A stretch of 64,000 bases of DNA from a virus. The notes under the pieces were generated by a model. That model did no database searches. It was not told where the DNA came from and saw nothing but the letters and a program-made list of their open reading frames with translations. Where the stretch lies: positions 96,001 to 160,000 of IMG/VR virus record IMGVR_UViG_3300021142_002226; one strand, written 5' to 3'. Below, one piece after another: positions 30,134 through 40,531 of this stretch (position 1 is the stretch's first letter; each line of letters opens with the position of its first letter). A program made the position numbers and the translations under genes.

Positions 30134-31276
30134 ATGCGTAAATCTGGTATCAAAATTGAGGGTTACCCAAATTTCATTCACCCTAAAAATATCTCAAACC
30201 TATCATCAAGAAAACATCCTTTAGGTAATTTGCCAATCTATTCCGATAATGATAAAAATTCTCATCAAGAAGAATTACTTGCTTCAGATAGATATAAGTT
30301 TTTAATTGACGAATATTGTCGTACACATAATTGTCAAATTAATGAAATAAAACCTATAAATATTATGATGGAAGCCAGTTTAGGTGGTCATCAATTGATG
30401 AGTTTAGAACAATCCCACAGAACCGAATTAATCAAAATTGCTGAAGAAATTGTTAGGTCTGAATATAATTTGGATAAATCTGAATTATTGTTTGACCTTG
30501 AAATTTTGGATACACCAACAACTAATTTTCCTGAAGGTATGAATTCTGAAGATAAATTTGATTTTGAATCAGAAAGTGATATACCAGATAATATAAAAGA
30601 TGAAATTGTAAAAAGAAGAATTGTTAATTCTCTATGTCAGGGTGCCGCAAAAAAAGGTCACTTTATGTTTCATTTAGCTGGTGATAAATTGAATGATTTA
30701 ATCCCAGGAATAGTAGATAGTTATCAAAAAATAGTACTATCTAACGATATTCTTTATTACATGATGTCAGATGATGATTTTAATAACTTCATTGAAAACG
30801 ACCAAACATCATCATATGTTAAATTGAATTTTGATGGTGATATTCCTGTAATAGAAGCAAAAGCGTTTTCTTTTCCTATACTTGTTCATGAAATGGTTAA
30901 AGGTGTAATTGAATTACTCGCAACTCAAGGTTACCCAAAAGATAAAGATATTGCAAAACAAGTTATCGAAACATGTGACGTTGTACGTGACGAAATGTGG
31001 GGTATCAGAATTGGCCCTGAACTATGGGTTAAATTTCATGAATTAATTCATCCATCAGATTATCATATAAAAAAACTAATCATACGTGACGTGTTCAAAC
31101 TGCCAGCGGATGAGTTTATTAATTTCTTCTATGATGTTTTAAATGACACAAAATCTGCTGAAAAAAAGGTTAAATATATTACATACAATATATTAGAAAA
31201 GATCTCAGAATATGAATTAAATAAAGATTCTGACGAGGATTTACCAGAAGTCGACTTCTCGCAATTTGACATTTAG
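30134..31276 (+). CDS. Hypothetical protein upstream of the terminase
   Basis: 380-aa ORF; contains LVHEMVKG (HExxK). Confidence 0.6.
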   Translation: MRKSGIKIEGYPNFIHPKNISNLSSRKHPLGNLPIYSDNDKNSHQEELLASDRYKFLIDEYCRTHNCQINEIKPINIMMEASLGGHQLMSLEQSHRTELIKIAEEIVRSEYNLDKSELLFDLEILDTPTTNFPEGMNSEDKFDFESESDIPDNIKDEIVKRRIVNSLCQGAAKKGHFMFHLAGDKLNDLIPGIVDSYQKIVLSNDILYYMMSDDDFNNFIENDQTSSYVKLNFDGDIPVIEAKAFSFPILVHEMVKGVIELLATQGYPKDKDIAKQVIETCDVVRDEMWGIRIGPELWVKFHELIHPSDYHIKKLIIRDVFKLPADEFINFFYDVLNDTKSAEKKVKYITYNILEKISEYELNKDSDEDLPEVDFSQFDI

Positions 31277-31315
31277 TCTTTACATTAACTATTTATCTAT
31301 ATATTATTATAATAT

Positions 31316-32359
31316 ATGGATAAAAAAGAATTATTAATTGAGTATAGTAAATGTGTTGCTGACCCATGTTATGTTATTGAAAATTACTATGTAACATTCG
31401 ATAAAACAAGGGAAAGTTATGTCCCATTCAAATTATTCGAAAGACAAAAAGAGCTCATAAGAAACTATGAAGCTAACAGGTATAACATTGTCTTAAAATA
31501 CAGACAAGCAGGTATTACAACTGTAACTGCTGCTTATGCGGCGGTTAAAGCGGTAATGGCAAACGCTGAAAACCCTGAAAGAATATTGATTCTTGCTAAT
31601 AAGCAAGAAACGGCAATAGAGTTTCTTACAAAGATAACCGACTTTATTAAACAATCACCTAATTGGTTGTTGACAAATATCGGAACATTTAATAAAGAGG
31701 GTAAAATTGATTTTACAAAGGGTGCCTCTAAACACGTTAAGTTTAAAAATGGTTCTGAAATCAAAGCGGTTGCAACATCTAAAGATGCCTTGCGTGGTTA
31801 CACACCAACAATCATGATTCTGGATGAGGGTGCGTTCATTGAGGGTGGTCAAGAATTATGGTCAGCATGTCTGGCCTCAGTTTCAACAGGTGGTAAAGTA
31901 TATCTTATCTCAACACCTAATGGTATGGATGAAATATACTACGAAGCTTATGAAGGTTCTGTTGACGGTACAAACAAATTCAAAATTACAGCGATCAAAT
32001 GGTGGGAAGATCCAAGATATAACAAAGGTTTAAAAATGATAAAAACCGATGATATTATAAACTGGATTCAAAAACCTGAGGCAGAAAAAAATGAAGAGAT
32101 TCTCACAGACATTATTCCAGCTGAAGTAAATGGTGTCGTTAAGCCTGATTTATATAAACAAATCATGAATTATATAACACAAGGTTATCAACCACATTCA
32201 CAATGGTTTGAGAATATGTGTCGTGATATGAACTTAAATAAACGAATGATCAACCAAGAGTTGAATTGTGTTATAGGTCAAACAATGGTTACTATTAGGA
32301 ATAAAAATACTGGTATTATTGAGAATATATTGATTCAAGATTTAAATAGTAGACTCTAA
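31316..32359 (+). CDS. terL: Large terminase N-terminal fragment (ATPase) plus split-intein IntN
   Basis: CVADPCYVIENY, FKLFERQ, LKYRQAGITT (Walker A variant), ILDEGAF (Walker B), ISTPNG, WWEDP; ends QELN|CVIGQT... Confidence 0.93.
   Translation: MDKKELLIEYSKCVADPCYVIENYYVTFDKTRESYVPFKLFERQKELIRNYEANRYNIVLKYRQAGITTVTAAYAAVKAVMANAENPERILILANKQETAIEFLTKITDFIKQSPNWLLTNIGTFNKEGKIDFTKGASKHVKFKNGSEIKAVATSKDALRGYTPTIMILDEGAFIEGGQELWSACLASVSTGGKVYLISTPNGMDEIYYEAYEGSVDGTNKFKITAIKWWEDPRYNKGLKMIKTDDIINWIQKPEAEKNEEILTDIIPAEVNGVVKPDLYKQIMNYITQGYQPHSQWFENMCRDMNLNKRMINQELNCVIGQTMVTIRNKNTGIIENILIQDLNSRL
32267..32356 (+). mobile_element. Split intein N-fragment (30 aa) of TerL
   Basis: Block A CVIGQTMVTIRNKNTG followed by a stop after 30 aa. 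Confidence 0.9.
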
Positions 32360-32389
32360 CTTCTGATTAAATTTAAACTATTTATTATT

Positions 32390-33313
32390 ATGGAAATAAT
32401 TAATAAAACAAAAAAAGGTTGGATAACATCAAAAGCAAAAATAACAAGTGATATTTATGATAAAGATAAAACAATAAAAATATTAAAAGAAAATGATTTT
32501 TATTTATCGTTATTGGGTCGAGCAAAAAACAGAACACTAATAAAAAATGATAGTGTTTTATATAATTCTATATATGAGTATACCAAATCTCTGAATGATT
32601 TAAATAAAAATAATAATAAATTTTCTATCAGAATTTTATTTTTAGTGAAAGATAGTGGTGATATAGAAAGAATAAAATGTAAAAAATGTTTAAATAATTT
32701 AACATCATTTAATTATGAAAAAGGTTATTTTAATGAATACTGTTTAAATTGTTTTAATACAAAAAAAATTAAATACCCAAATATTGACTGGTTTAAAACT
32801 AAGTACTCATCTAATTGGGAATATTTCTATAAATTGGATCGTGAGAGAATTAAAAATAAAAAAGTTGGCAGTAAAGATTGGTATATTAAAAAATATGGCG
32901 AGTTAAATGGTACATTAAAATATGATAATGTTAAAGAAAACAGAATTAATAATCTAACTAATTTAATTGGTGTAAAATATTCTAAAATTTCACAAGAAAT
33001 ATTTTGGTTAATTTATAAAGAATTAACAGATGATGAAAAAAATAAATGTTATTTTAAAGAACTAAATCATGAATATTTCTTAAAAAACGGTAATTCTTGT
33101 TTTTTTATTGATTTTAAATGTGGTGATTTTGTCATAGAATATGATGGTGAATATTGGCATAAAAATAGAAAAGAATTGGATGAATTACGAAATGTGTTTT
33201 ATAAAAAAAATAAATTAAATCTTTTAATACTTAACGAAAAAGATTATAATAGAACAAACAAAAACGAAGACACAATCGAAAAATGTTTGGCGTTTATTAG
33301 AAATGAATATTAA
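32390..33313 (+). CDS. Free-standing homing endonuclease (Vsr/DUF559-like C-terminus) between the TerL halves
   Basis: YSKISQEIF...FIDF...VIEYDGEYWH...D..R; CxxC pairs; own TATTTAT at 32379. Confidence 0.8.
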   Translation: MEIINKTKKGWITSKAKITSDIYDKDKTIKILKENDFYLSLLGRAKNRTLIKNDSVLYNSIYEYTKSLNDLNKNNNKFSIRILFLVKDSGDIERIKCKKCLNNLTSFNYEKGYFNEYCLNCFNTKKIKYPNIDWFKTKYSSNWEYFYKLDRERIKNKKVGSKDWYIKKYGELNGTLKYDNVKENRINNLTNLIGVKYSKISQEIFWLIYKELTDDEKNKCYFKELNHEYFLKNGNSCFFIDFKCGDFVIEYDGEYWHKNRKELDELRNVFYKKNKLNLLILNEKDYNRTNKNEDTIEKCLAFIRNEY

Positions 33314-33629
33314 ATTAAATACTGAATATGAAGTCTTAACACCAAATGGTTTTAAAGATTTTTATGCAATAAAACAAATAAAAAAAACCTATTTGAAAAT
33401 ATCATTTAATAACGGTGAAGAAATAGGTATAACACCCAATCACATTTTTGTTATTAACAATGTTGAAATTTTAGCTAAAGATATTAAAATTGGTGATAAA
33501 TTACAAGGTATTCATGATGAATTAATAGTAATCTCAATTACACCTGTTGATGAATTTACAGATGTTTATGATTTAATAGAAGTGGATGGTGGTAATATAT
33601 ATTATACTAATAATATATTATCTCATAAT
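33303..33629 (+). mobile_element. Split intein C-fragment (109 aa) of TerL
   Basis: VLTPNGF, block B ITPNHIF, block F VYDL, block G SHN, with Cys at +1. Confidence 0.9.
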
Positions 33630-34535
33630 TGTGCTTTTATTGGTTCTGGTGATAACGTAATTGATGCGGCAATACTTGAAAAACAATTACAAATAAATGT
33701 ACAAGACCCAATAATTAAAGATTCAAGATGGGATAGTACATTATGGATATGGAAATATCCTGAGGAAGGTCACAGATACATTGGTGCCCTTGACGTATCC
33801 AGAGGAGATTCCGAGGACGCTACTGGATATAGTATTATCGATTTTGATACTTTTGAACAAGTTCTTGAATACCATGGTAAGGTTCCACCTGACGTTGCTG
33901 CGATAATTGTTGAGCAATATAGTAAAATGTATAATGCATTAACCACTTTCGATATAACTGGTGGTATGGGTATAGCCGCAATCAATAAGCTGAAGGAAAT
34001 GAATTTTCCATCTAAACTTTATCATTACGATGATGATAACGATTTAACATTATTTTATGGTGCGGACTCAGACAAAACACCTGGAATCAACTTTGCTTCA
34101 AAAAATAGACGTGTACAAATAGTACAGGCTCTCGAAGAAGCTGTATGTCGTGGTGGGTTTAAAATTAGAAGTGTTAGATTAATAAACGAATTGAAAAAAT
34201 TTGTATTCAAGAACGGTAAACCTGATCATATGAAAGGTTCACATGATGACCTTATCATGGCCTTGGGTATGTGTTTGTTTGTCGCAAATACCTCTTTCAA
34301 AAGATTATCTGAAAATACTTCTACAACAAAAGCTATGTTAGATAGTTGGAAAGTTCAAACTAATAGCATCCAATCAACAGCCGCAAATATGATAAATGAT
34401 ATTAATACGTTAGTCAGTAACGATAAAATTTATGATAATCAGGGTATTTATAGTAATAAAGAAGAAATATTACAAAATACTCGTGACTTTTCTTGGTTAT
34501 TTGGTAATATTAATAAATATAACCCTCAAAATTAA
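33303..34535 (+). CDS. terL: Split-intein IntC plus large terminase C-terminal nuclease fragment
   Basis: IntC ends ILSHN|CAFIGSG; RNase H-like motifs YIGALDVSRG, HDDLIMA. Confidence 0.93.
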   Translation: MNIKLNTEYEVLTPNGFKDFYAIKQIKKTYLKISFNNGEEIGITPNHIFVINNVEILAKDIKIGDKLQGIHDELIVISITPVDEFTDVYDLIEVDGGNIYYTNNILSHNCAFIGSGDNVIDAAILEKQLQINVQDPIIKDSRWDSTLWIWKYPEEGHRYIGALDVSRGDSEDATGYSIIDFDTFEQVLEYHGKVPPDVAAIIVEQYSKMYNALTTFDITGGMGIAAINKLKEMNFPSKLYHYDDDNDLTLFYGADSDKTPGINFASKNRRVQIVQALEEAVCRGGFKIRSVRLINELKKFVFKNGKPDHMKGSHDDLIMALGMCLFVANTSFKRLSENTSTTKAMLDSWKVQTNSIQSTAANMINDINTLVSNDKIYDNQGIYSNKEEILQNTRDFSWLFGNINKYNPQN

Positions 34536-34540
34536 AAACT

Positions 34541-34762
34541 ATGAGTAGACAGTTATTTTCAAGGTTTAACACAGCAGGTGCTGTAAGACAAAGCGTTAAT
34601 AGTGCAACAAAAAGTGAAGCTACAAACGTAAATAAAAAGGCTACTTTGGTTTGTTCTAATTATGATGACCCATTTGTAAATTATGCATATGACGCACAAT
34701 GGAATATTAAATTACAACGCCAAGTACATAACCCAGTATTCGAATGTGGATACGTTGAATAA
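34541..34762 (+). CDS. Small hypothetical protein
   Basis: 73-aa ORF between terL and the portal gene. Confidence 0.5.
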   Translation: MSRQLFSRFNTAGAVRQSVNSATKSEATNVNKKATLVCSNYDDPFVNYAYDAQWNIKLQRQVHNPVFECGYVE

Positions 34763-34771
34763 TCTAAACAT

Positions 34772-37579
34772 ATGGCAAATTTTACAGTATTTCAAAAATT
34801 AAATAAAGTTTTAGGTAATGAATTAGAATCACCTAAATATACCATTGACCCAAATTCATTCAAGAATCTTGACGATCAGGAACTCGAAATGAAACGACTT
34901 GAGGCACAGCAGGTCATCTATTTACAGAATCAGTGGAAAAAAATTGATAACGAATTATATCAAAAAGCTGTTTATTACGAACCAACCAGAATCGCATCAT
35001 ATTATGATTACGAAGCAATGGAGTTTTGTTTGGCTGGAGAGACTAAAATAGCAACACCAAGCGGATTCATAACCATAGAAGAGTTAGCTAAAAAGGGTAG
35101 GGAGAATGAATTTATTGTTTATTCCTATGACCATAATACTAAAAAAGTTGTACCAGCATGGGCTAAAAACGCACACCATACAAGAGATGAAGTGACATAT
35201 AAGGTTATTTTTGACGATGATTCTTATATTATTGGTACTTTTGACCATAAATTAATGAAAAGAGATGGTAGTTTTTCAAAAATTTCAGAATTAAAAGAAG
35301 GGGATTCTATGATGCCTTTCTATAGAAAATCTTTTTATAATAACCAAAAATATAATTGGGTTTATACTTGTAATTCATTAGAAGGTTATAATGGTTGGGT
35401 ATCTGAACACAATTTAATTGCTGAGTGGTTCTATGAGACTAAAATTAATGAAGATGAAGAGGTTCACCATATAGATTTTAATGGTAAAAACAATTCCCCT
35501 GAAAATTTATCTATTATGAAAATATCTGAGCATAGAGCATACCATGCGAGATTAAATAATAGTAAGCTTTGGGTAAATGAGGAATATAGAGCAAAAATGC
35601 TTGAAATAAGTAAAAGAACAGATAATAAACACAAATGGAATGGTGCAAGAAGTGGTAAGAATAATCCAGCTTATTTTAAAATACCTTTTGATTTAATTAT
35701 TGAAACAGCAAAAAAAATTAAAACACTTAAAGGTACGGCGAAAGAGTTAAATATTTCTCACACAAAATTACAAAGAGAAATAATGATGGCTGGATATAAA
35801 GACTGGAAAACATTTTGTCATGCATATAGTATAGAGTTATCTAAATACTCAACAGCAACCGTTAAAGGTGAACAATATGTTCTGAATCATAAAATTAAAT
35901 CTATTGAACCATATAAAGTTATACCAGTATATGATTTGACAGTACCAGGGTATAAAAATTTTGCAACAGATACAATATTTTCACATAATACTCCAGAAAT
36001 TGCTGCTGCGCTTGATATATTTTCTGAGGAGGCAACAACACCTAATGAAAGTGGTAAAATTCTAACAGTATATTCGGAAAGTAATCGTATCAAAGACGAA
36101 TTAACAGACCTTTTTGATAATGTAATCGATATCAATTCAGTTATCACCAGCTGGGCAAGAAACCTATGCAAATATGGTGATAATTTTTTATATAACAAGG
36201 TTATTCCAGGTAAAGGTATTGTGGGTGTAACACAATTACCAAACATCGAAATCACAAGAGCTGAACCAGGTTTCTCAAAAGTTATGAGTATGGATGATTT
36301 CCAAAAAGAAAAGAATGTTAAATTCTTTTGGAAGGAAAAACAACTTGATTTCAACTCATTTGAGATATCTCACTTCAGACTCATGGGTGATGATAGACGT
36401 TTACCTTATGGTACAAGTATGCTCGAAAAAGTTAGAAGAATTTGGAAACAATTACTTTTAGCCGAAGACGCTATGCTTGTTTATCGTGTTACCAGAGCCC
36501 CAGAAAGACGTGTTTACAAAGTTTATGTAGGTAATATGGATGAAAAAGACATCGATGCTTACGTAGATAAAGTCGCTAATAACTTCAAAAGATCAAATTT
36601 GGTAAACTCATCAAACGGACAACAAGATACCAGATATAATGCTATGGCCGTGGATCAAGACTTTTTTATCCCAACCAGAGACCCTCAATTACCAATGCCA
36701 ATTGAAACATTACCAGGAGCTCAAAATCTTGGGGAAATAGCTGATATTCAATACATTCAAAATAAAATGTTGGCTGCTCTAAGAATCCCTAAAACGTTCT
36801 TAGGTTTTGATCAAGCTGTTGGTGACGGTAAAAACCTATCCATTCTTGATATACGTTTTGCAAGAGCTGTTTATAGATTACAAAGATCTATAATACAAGA
36901 GTTAAATAAAATGGCAATCATCCACCTTTATGTTAAAGGTTATGAGGATGATTTACATAATTTTACTCTATCTTTATCTAATCCTTCCACCCAAGCAGAC
37001 ATGCTTAAAATCACTAACTGGCAAGCTAAAATACAACTTTACAAAGACGCTGTTACAGATCTTGGTAATGGTTTTGGGCCTGTATCACAAACTTGGGCTA
37101 AGAAAGAAATTCTTGGATTCAGTGATGATGAAATTAAAATTGATGTTCAAAGACAAGTTGTGGAAAAAGCAGCCTCTGAAGAACTTAAAATGTTGGGTGA
37201 AACAATCAAACAAACAGGTATGTTTAGAGATTTGTATAAATTATACAAGATTGATCCTAACAATATGGGACAAGCGCCTGCTGAAAACCAACAACAAGAA
37301 ACTCCTCCAGGCGGCGGAACAGGTGGTGGTGTAGCTCAAGATTTCACAGCACCACTCGAAGGTGGAACAACCCCTGAAATTGGTGGAACGGAAACAACAC
37401 CAGAAGCTGGTGCTGCACCAGAGGCTGGCACGGCTGAAACCCCAATGCCAGGTACGCCAGGTGAAGAAACACAATTACAAGAAAATATGGTAAAAAGGAT
37501 GTTATTGAATAGAAGACAGTCAATAAGTGAAAATATTTCCAAAACTTTGGATGATATTGACAAAATGTTAAACGAATAA
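34772..37579 (+). CDS. gp20: Portal protein (T4 gp20-like) with an intein
   Basis: YEAMEF|intein|TPEIAAALD, RLPYGTSMLE, YRVTRAPERRVY, DFFIP, L..ALRIPK. Confidence 0.93.
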   Translation: MANFTVFQKLNKVLGNELESPKYTIDPNSFKNLDDQELEMKRLEAQQVIYLQNQWKKIDNELYQKAVYYEPTRIASYYDYEAMEFCLAGETKIATPSGFITIEELAKKGRENEFIVYSYDHNTKKVVPAWAKNAHHTRDEVTYKVIFDDDSYIIGTFDHKLMKRDGSFSKISELKEGDSMMPFYRKSFYNNQKYNWVYTCNSLEGYNGWVSEHNLIAEWFYETKINEDEEVHHIDFNGKNNSPENLSIMKISEHRAYHARLNNSKLWVNEEYRAKMLEISKRTDNKHKWNGARSGKNNPAYFKIPFDLIIETAKKIKTLKGTAKELNISHTKLQREIMMAGYKDWKTFCHAYSIELSKYSTATVKGEQYVLNHKIKSIEPYKVIPVYDLTVPGYKNFATDTIFSHNTPEIAAALDIFSEEATTPNESGKILTVYSESNRIKDELTDLFDNVIDINSVITSWARNLCKYGDNFLYNKVIPGKGIVGVTQLPNIEITRAEPGFSKVMSMDDFQKEKNVKFFWKEKQLDFNSFEISHFRLMGDDRRLPYGTSMLEKVRRIWKQLLLAEDAMLVYRVTRAPERRVYKVYVGNMDEKDIDAYVDKVANNFKRSNLVNSSNGQQDTRYNAMAVDQDFFIPTRDPQLPMPIETLPGAQNLGEIADIQYIQNKMLAALRIPKTFLGFDQAVGDGKNLSILDIRFARAVYRLQRSIIQELNKMAIIHLYVKGYEDDLHNFTLSLSNPSTQADMLKITNWQAKIQLYKDAVTDLGNGFGPVSQTWAKKEILGFSDDEIKIDVQRQVVEKAASEELKMLGETIKQTGMFRDLYKLYKIDPNNMGQAPAENQQQETPPGGGTGGGVAQDFTAPLEGGTTPEIGGTETTPEAGAAPEAGTAETPMPGTPGEETQLQENMVKRMLLNRRQSISENISKTLDDIDKMLNE
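35027..35989 (+). mobile_element. Contiguous intein (321 aa) with an HNH endonuclease
   Basis: CLAGET...TFDH...VHHIDFNGKNNSPENL...VYDLTV...FSHN|T. Confidence 0.92.
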
Positions 37580-37623
37580 AACCTTTTACCAAAAAAACAA
37601 ATATTTATTTAAAACAATCAAAT

Positions 37624-38334
37624 ATGTTCGGTCTACTTAAAGAAAATATTATCAATAATTTAGAAAAAGTCTATCTTGAGAAAGGAGAAAAAGACTTCAA
37701 AAAAGGATTCAATGCGTTTATGAAAACAATTAAAGAATCTAAAGATCTAAAACAAATATATAACATATATTCTTTATATGAGAATATTCATTTTGATAAT
37801 GAGGTTATTGCAAGAGAATTTGTAAATGAATCAATTAATCAGTTAAAATCATATGACAAGTCTAAATTAAATGACTTAAAGACTTTGACTGAAACATATG
37901 AAAATTTACCTAAAAACTCAAGATATTTTTACTTAGATGAATTGGCCTTCAACGATAAATTATCTTTAAAGAACAAAGTTGAATATAAAGTGGCGTTAAT
38001 TAACTCATTAGTTAATGAAACCAAAAACAATGAAAATTTGATCAATCTTATCAATAATGCTGATAAAATTAATGAAAATTTAAATACCTTAAGTGAAGCC
38101 CAAGTCGAAGCTATAAGTATTTTAGCTGAAAATGATAAAACTAAAGTTAATGAATATTATACCAATTTGATTAACGAAACACAAGAACTTTTGGATAACA
38201 AAATCATTGAATCTAAGAAAGAAACTGAAGCTGTAGTTAAATTGGTGGAGGCTAAGAAAAAACTTAAAGCTATTTCCAAGGAAGCTAACGTAAATAATAT
38301 TGAATTAATTTTAGATTTAAAGTCAATCCTATAA
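37624..38334 (+). CDS. Hypothetical head-region protein
   Basis: TATTTAT at 37602; helical 236-aa ORF. Confidence 0.55.
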   Translation: MFGLLKENIINNLEKVYLEKGEKDFKKGFNAFMKTIKESKDLKQIYNIYSLYENIHFDNEVIAREFVNESINQLKSYDKSKLNDLKTLTETYENLPKNSRYFYLDELAFNDKLSLKNKVEYKVALINSLVNETKNNENLINLINNADKINENLNTLSEAQVEAISILAENDKTKVNEYYTNLINETQELLDNKIIESKKETEAVVKLVEAKKKLKAISKEANVNNIELILDLKSIL

Positions 38335-38413
38335 GAAAAAATTTGGTTTTATCATTTTATTTTATTACTTTTATTTTAAATAATAAAAATTTAAATAAAA
38401 TGATTAAAATCAA

Positions 38414-38851
38414 ATGTTTTGCAAATTCGGCAAAGAAAGAAAGTTATTTACTAACACAAATTTCAGAGTTAAATATGGGACTATAGATGCCCTTAAACTC
38501 AATTCAATATACATAGATATTGAATCCTGGGTTCAGCCAAAAGAACCCTTAAGCTACGAATCTTATATTCGTTTAATGCGAAGACAAGTTATTCTTTCGC
38601 TCAATAATGAACTTGATTCAAATTTTTTCAATCAAAACTTTATTGTTGATCTTGATTTAAGAGCATCAGGAATGGATCCAAAAAGGAAATCATTCATGTT
38701 GCTCGAAGTTACTTTATACCCCAAAATCAAACCTAAATTCACATCAAAAGAACTTAATCAAAAGGTTGAAGAAGTAACAAATGTTATAATCAATACACTA
38801 CAAAAAAATAAATTCAATTTTAACTCCAAAAAAAATGAACGTAATAAATAG
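38414..38851 (+). CDS. Hypothetical protein
   Basis: 145-aa ORF. Confidence 0.55.
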   Translation: MFCKFGKERKLFTNTNFRVKYGTIDALKLNSIYIDIESWVQPKEPLSYESYIRLMRRQVILSLNNELDSNFFNQNFIVDLDLRASGMDPKRKSFMLLEVTLYPKIKPKFTSKELNQKVEEVTNVIINTLQKNKFNFNSKKNERNK

Positions 38852-39776
38852 CGATTATATGGACATTGATCTAAATGAAAATCTCATTAATGAAATCATA
38901 ATTGAAAATCATTCAGATCTATCTAAGATTGGCGAAAACATGGAAACCTGGTTTTCTATTAATAATAAAGATTATTTCTTCAATTATAGAAGTATACCTA
39001 AATTACCATCTGGCCTATATTCTATCGTATTTACTGAAGCAAATGGTTTTGGATTATCTAAAATGGAATATAAATCTGAAGATTATTTTGTATTACCCTC
39101 GTTACCCCACGAAGAAATTATCTCAGATATCAAGAAATTTTGGGATAGTAAAAAGAACTATGAAAAATACAATCTTACTACTAAGAGAGGAATAATTTTG
39201 CATGGTGATCCAGGTGGTGGTAAAACATCCCTGATTTATCTTTTGATTGAAGAAATGAAGAAATATGATGGTATTTCCATATATTTTGATTCACCAAAAA
39301 CCTGGATTGAGATAGCTAAACTTATTCGTAAAATTGAACCAGACAGACCAATATTGTGCATTATTGAGGATATTGACGGTGTAATTGAAAATAATGGTGA
39401 AGAAATATTTTTAAATTTCCTTGATGGTCTAAACTCCGTATCAAATATTGTTTATGTTGCAACAACCAATAATTTAAGGGAAATACCAGATAGGATAAAG
39501 AATAGACCATCACGTTTCGATAAAAAATATGAAGTAAAAAAACCAACAGATGAAGATAGGTTAATATATTTCACCAGAATGGTTTGTGAAGAAGATAAGG
39601 ATATCTATGACCTTAAAAAACTTGCAAAGGACACGAAAGACTTGAGCATGGCTCATCTTAAAGAATTATTCATATCATTATACATATTCAAGAATGATTA
39701 TGCAAAGAGTCTACAAGATATAAAAAAGGGTAATATAATAGAAAAATCTATTGGGTTTGGCAGAAATGATGACTGA
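38835..39776 (+). CDS. AAA+ ATPase
   Basis: GDPGGGKT, IIEDID, ATTN, NRPSRFD. Confidence 0.9.
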   Translation: MNVINSDYMDIDLNENLINEIIIENHSDLSKIGENMETWFSINNKDYFFNYRSIPKLPSGLYSIVFTEANGFGLSKMEYKSEDYFVLPSLPHEEIISDIKKFWDSKKNYEKYNLTTKRGIILHGDPGGGKTSLIYLLIEEMKKYDGISIYFDSPKTWIEIAKLIRKIEPDRPILCIIEDIDGVIENNGEEIFLNFLDGLNSVSNIVYVATTNNLREIPDRIKNRPSRFDKKYEVKKPTDEDRLIYFTRMVCEEDKDIYDLKKLAKDTKDLSMAHLKELFISLYIFKNDYAKSLQDIKKGNIIEKSIGFGRNDD

Positions 39777-39829
39777 AACCATCTTTTAATACAATCTTAA
39801 ATATTTATAATTGAAATATTATATTTATT

Positions 39830-40531
39830 ATGGCTATAAAACTATTAAAAGAGGGTGAAGAAGGATTTATATATACATTAACAGACCCAAATACCAACTT
39901 GGTTAGATATGTTGGTAAAGCCAAATCTATAGAGAACAGGTTCAAAGAACATATAAAAAAAGCAAAACTGGGAAAAACACATAAAAATAATTGGATTAAT
40001 TCACTTTTAAAAAATAACCAATTACCAATTATAGAAATAATTGATTCTGTAAGTACCGTTGATATTAATTTTTATGAAATATATTGGATTAATCAATTTA
40101 AATCATGGGGGTTCAATTTAACAAATGAAGCTAAAGGTGGTTCTGGTGGGAATTTGGGTGATATGGTTAATAAAAAAATTTCAAATAAATTGAAAAATAG
40201 AACTTTTAGTCCTGAAACAATAGAAAAAATGAGGCTTGCACGAATAGGAAAAAAAGCATCAACTAAAACAAAAGAATTGCTTTCTAAACAAAGATTGGGT
40301 AATAAAAATCCAATGTATGGAAAAAAAAGATGCATAATATCCAATTATAAAAAGATAATACAATTGGATATAAATAATAAATTTATTAAAGAGTGGGCAT
40401 CAATAAAAGATGCTTCAGAAAATTTAAAAATAAGTAGACAACTTATTGGCGATGTTCTTCATAATAGAAAATGGAAGAAAACTGCTGGTGGTTTCAAGTG
40501 GGCTTTTAAAAATATAAATAATGAAATATAG
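39830..40531 (+). CDS. Free-standing GIY-YIG homing endonuclease with NUMOD3/NUMOD1 domains
   Basis: FIYTL...RYVGK...RF.EH...E..WI...LTN; FSPETIEKM; NPMYGK; IIQLD...IKEWASI..A...TAGGFKW. Confidence 0.88.
   Translation: MAIKLLKEGEEGFIYTLTDPNTNLVRYVGKAKSIENRFKEHIKKAKLGKTHKNNWINSLLKNNQLPIIEIIDSVSTVDINFYEIYWINQFKSWGFNLTNEAKGGSGGNLGDMVNKKISNKLKNRTFSPETIEKMRLARIGKKASTKTKELLSKQRLGNKNPMYGKKRCIISNYKKIIQLDINNKFIKEWASIKDASENLKISRQLIGDVLHNRKWKKTAGGFKWAFKNINNEI

Noticed and set aside
31490-31530. Terminase Walker A lacking Lys (RQAGITT) as a sign of inactivity
   Set aside because: Walker B, the coupling motif and the nuclease residues are intact. From memory, G-I-[ST] variants occur in related terminases, so this was not treated as a defect.
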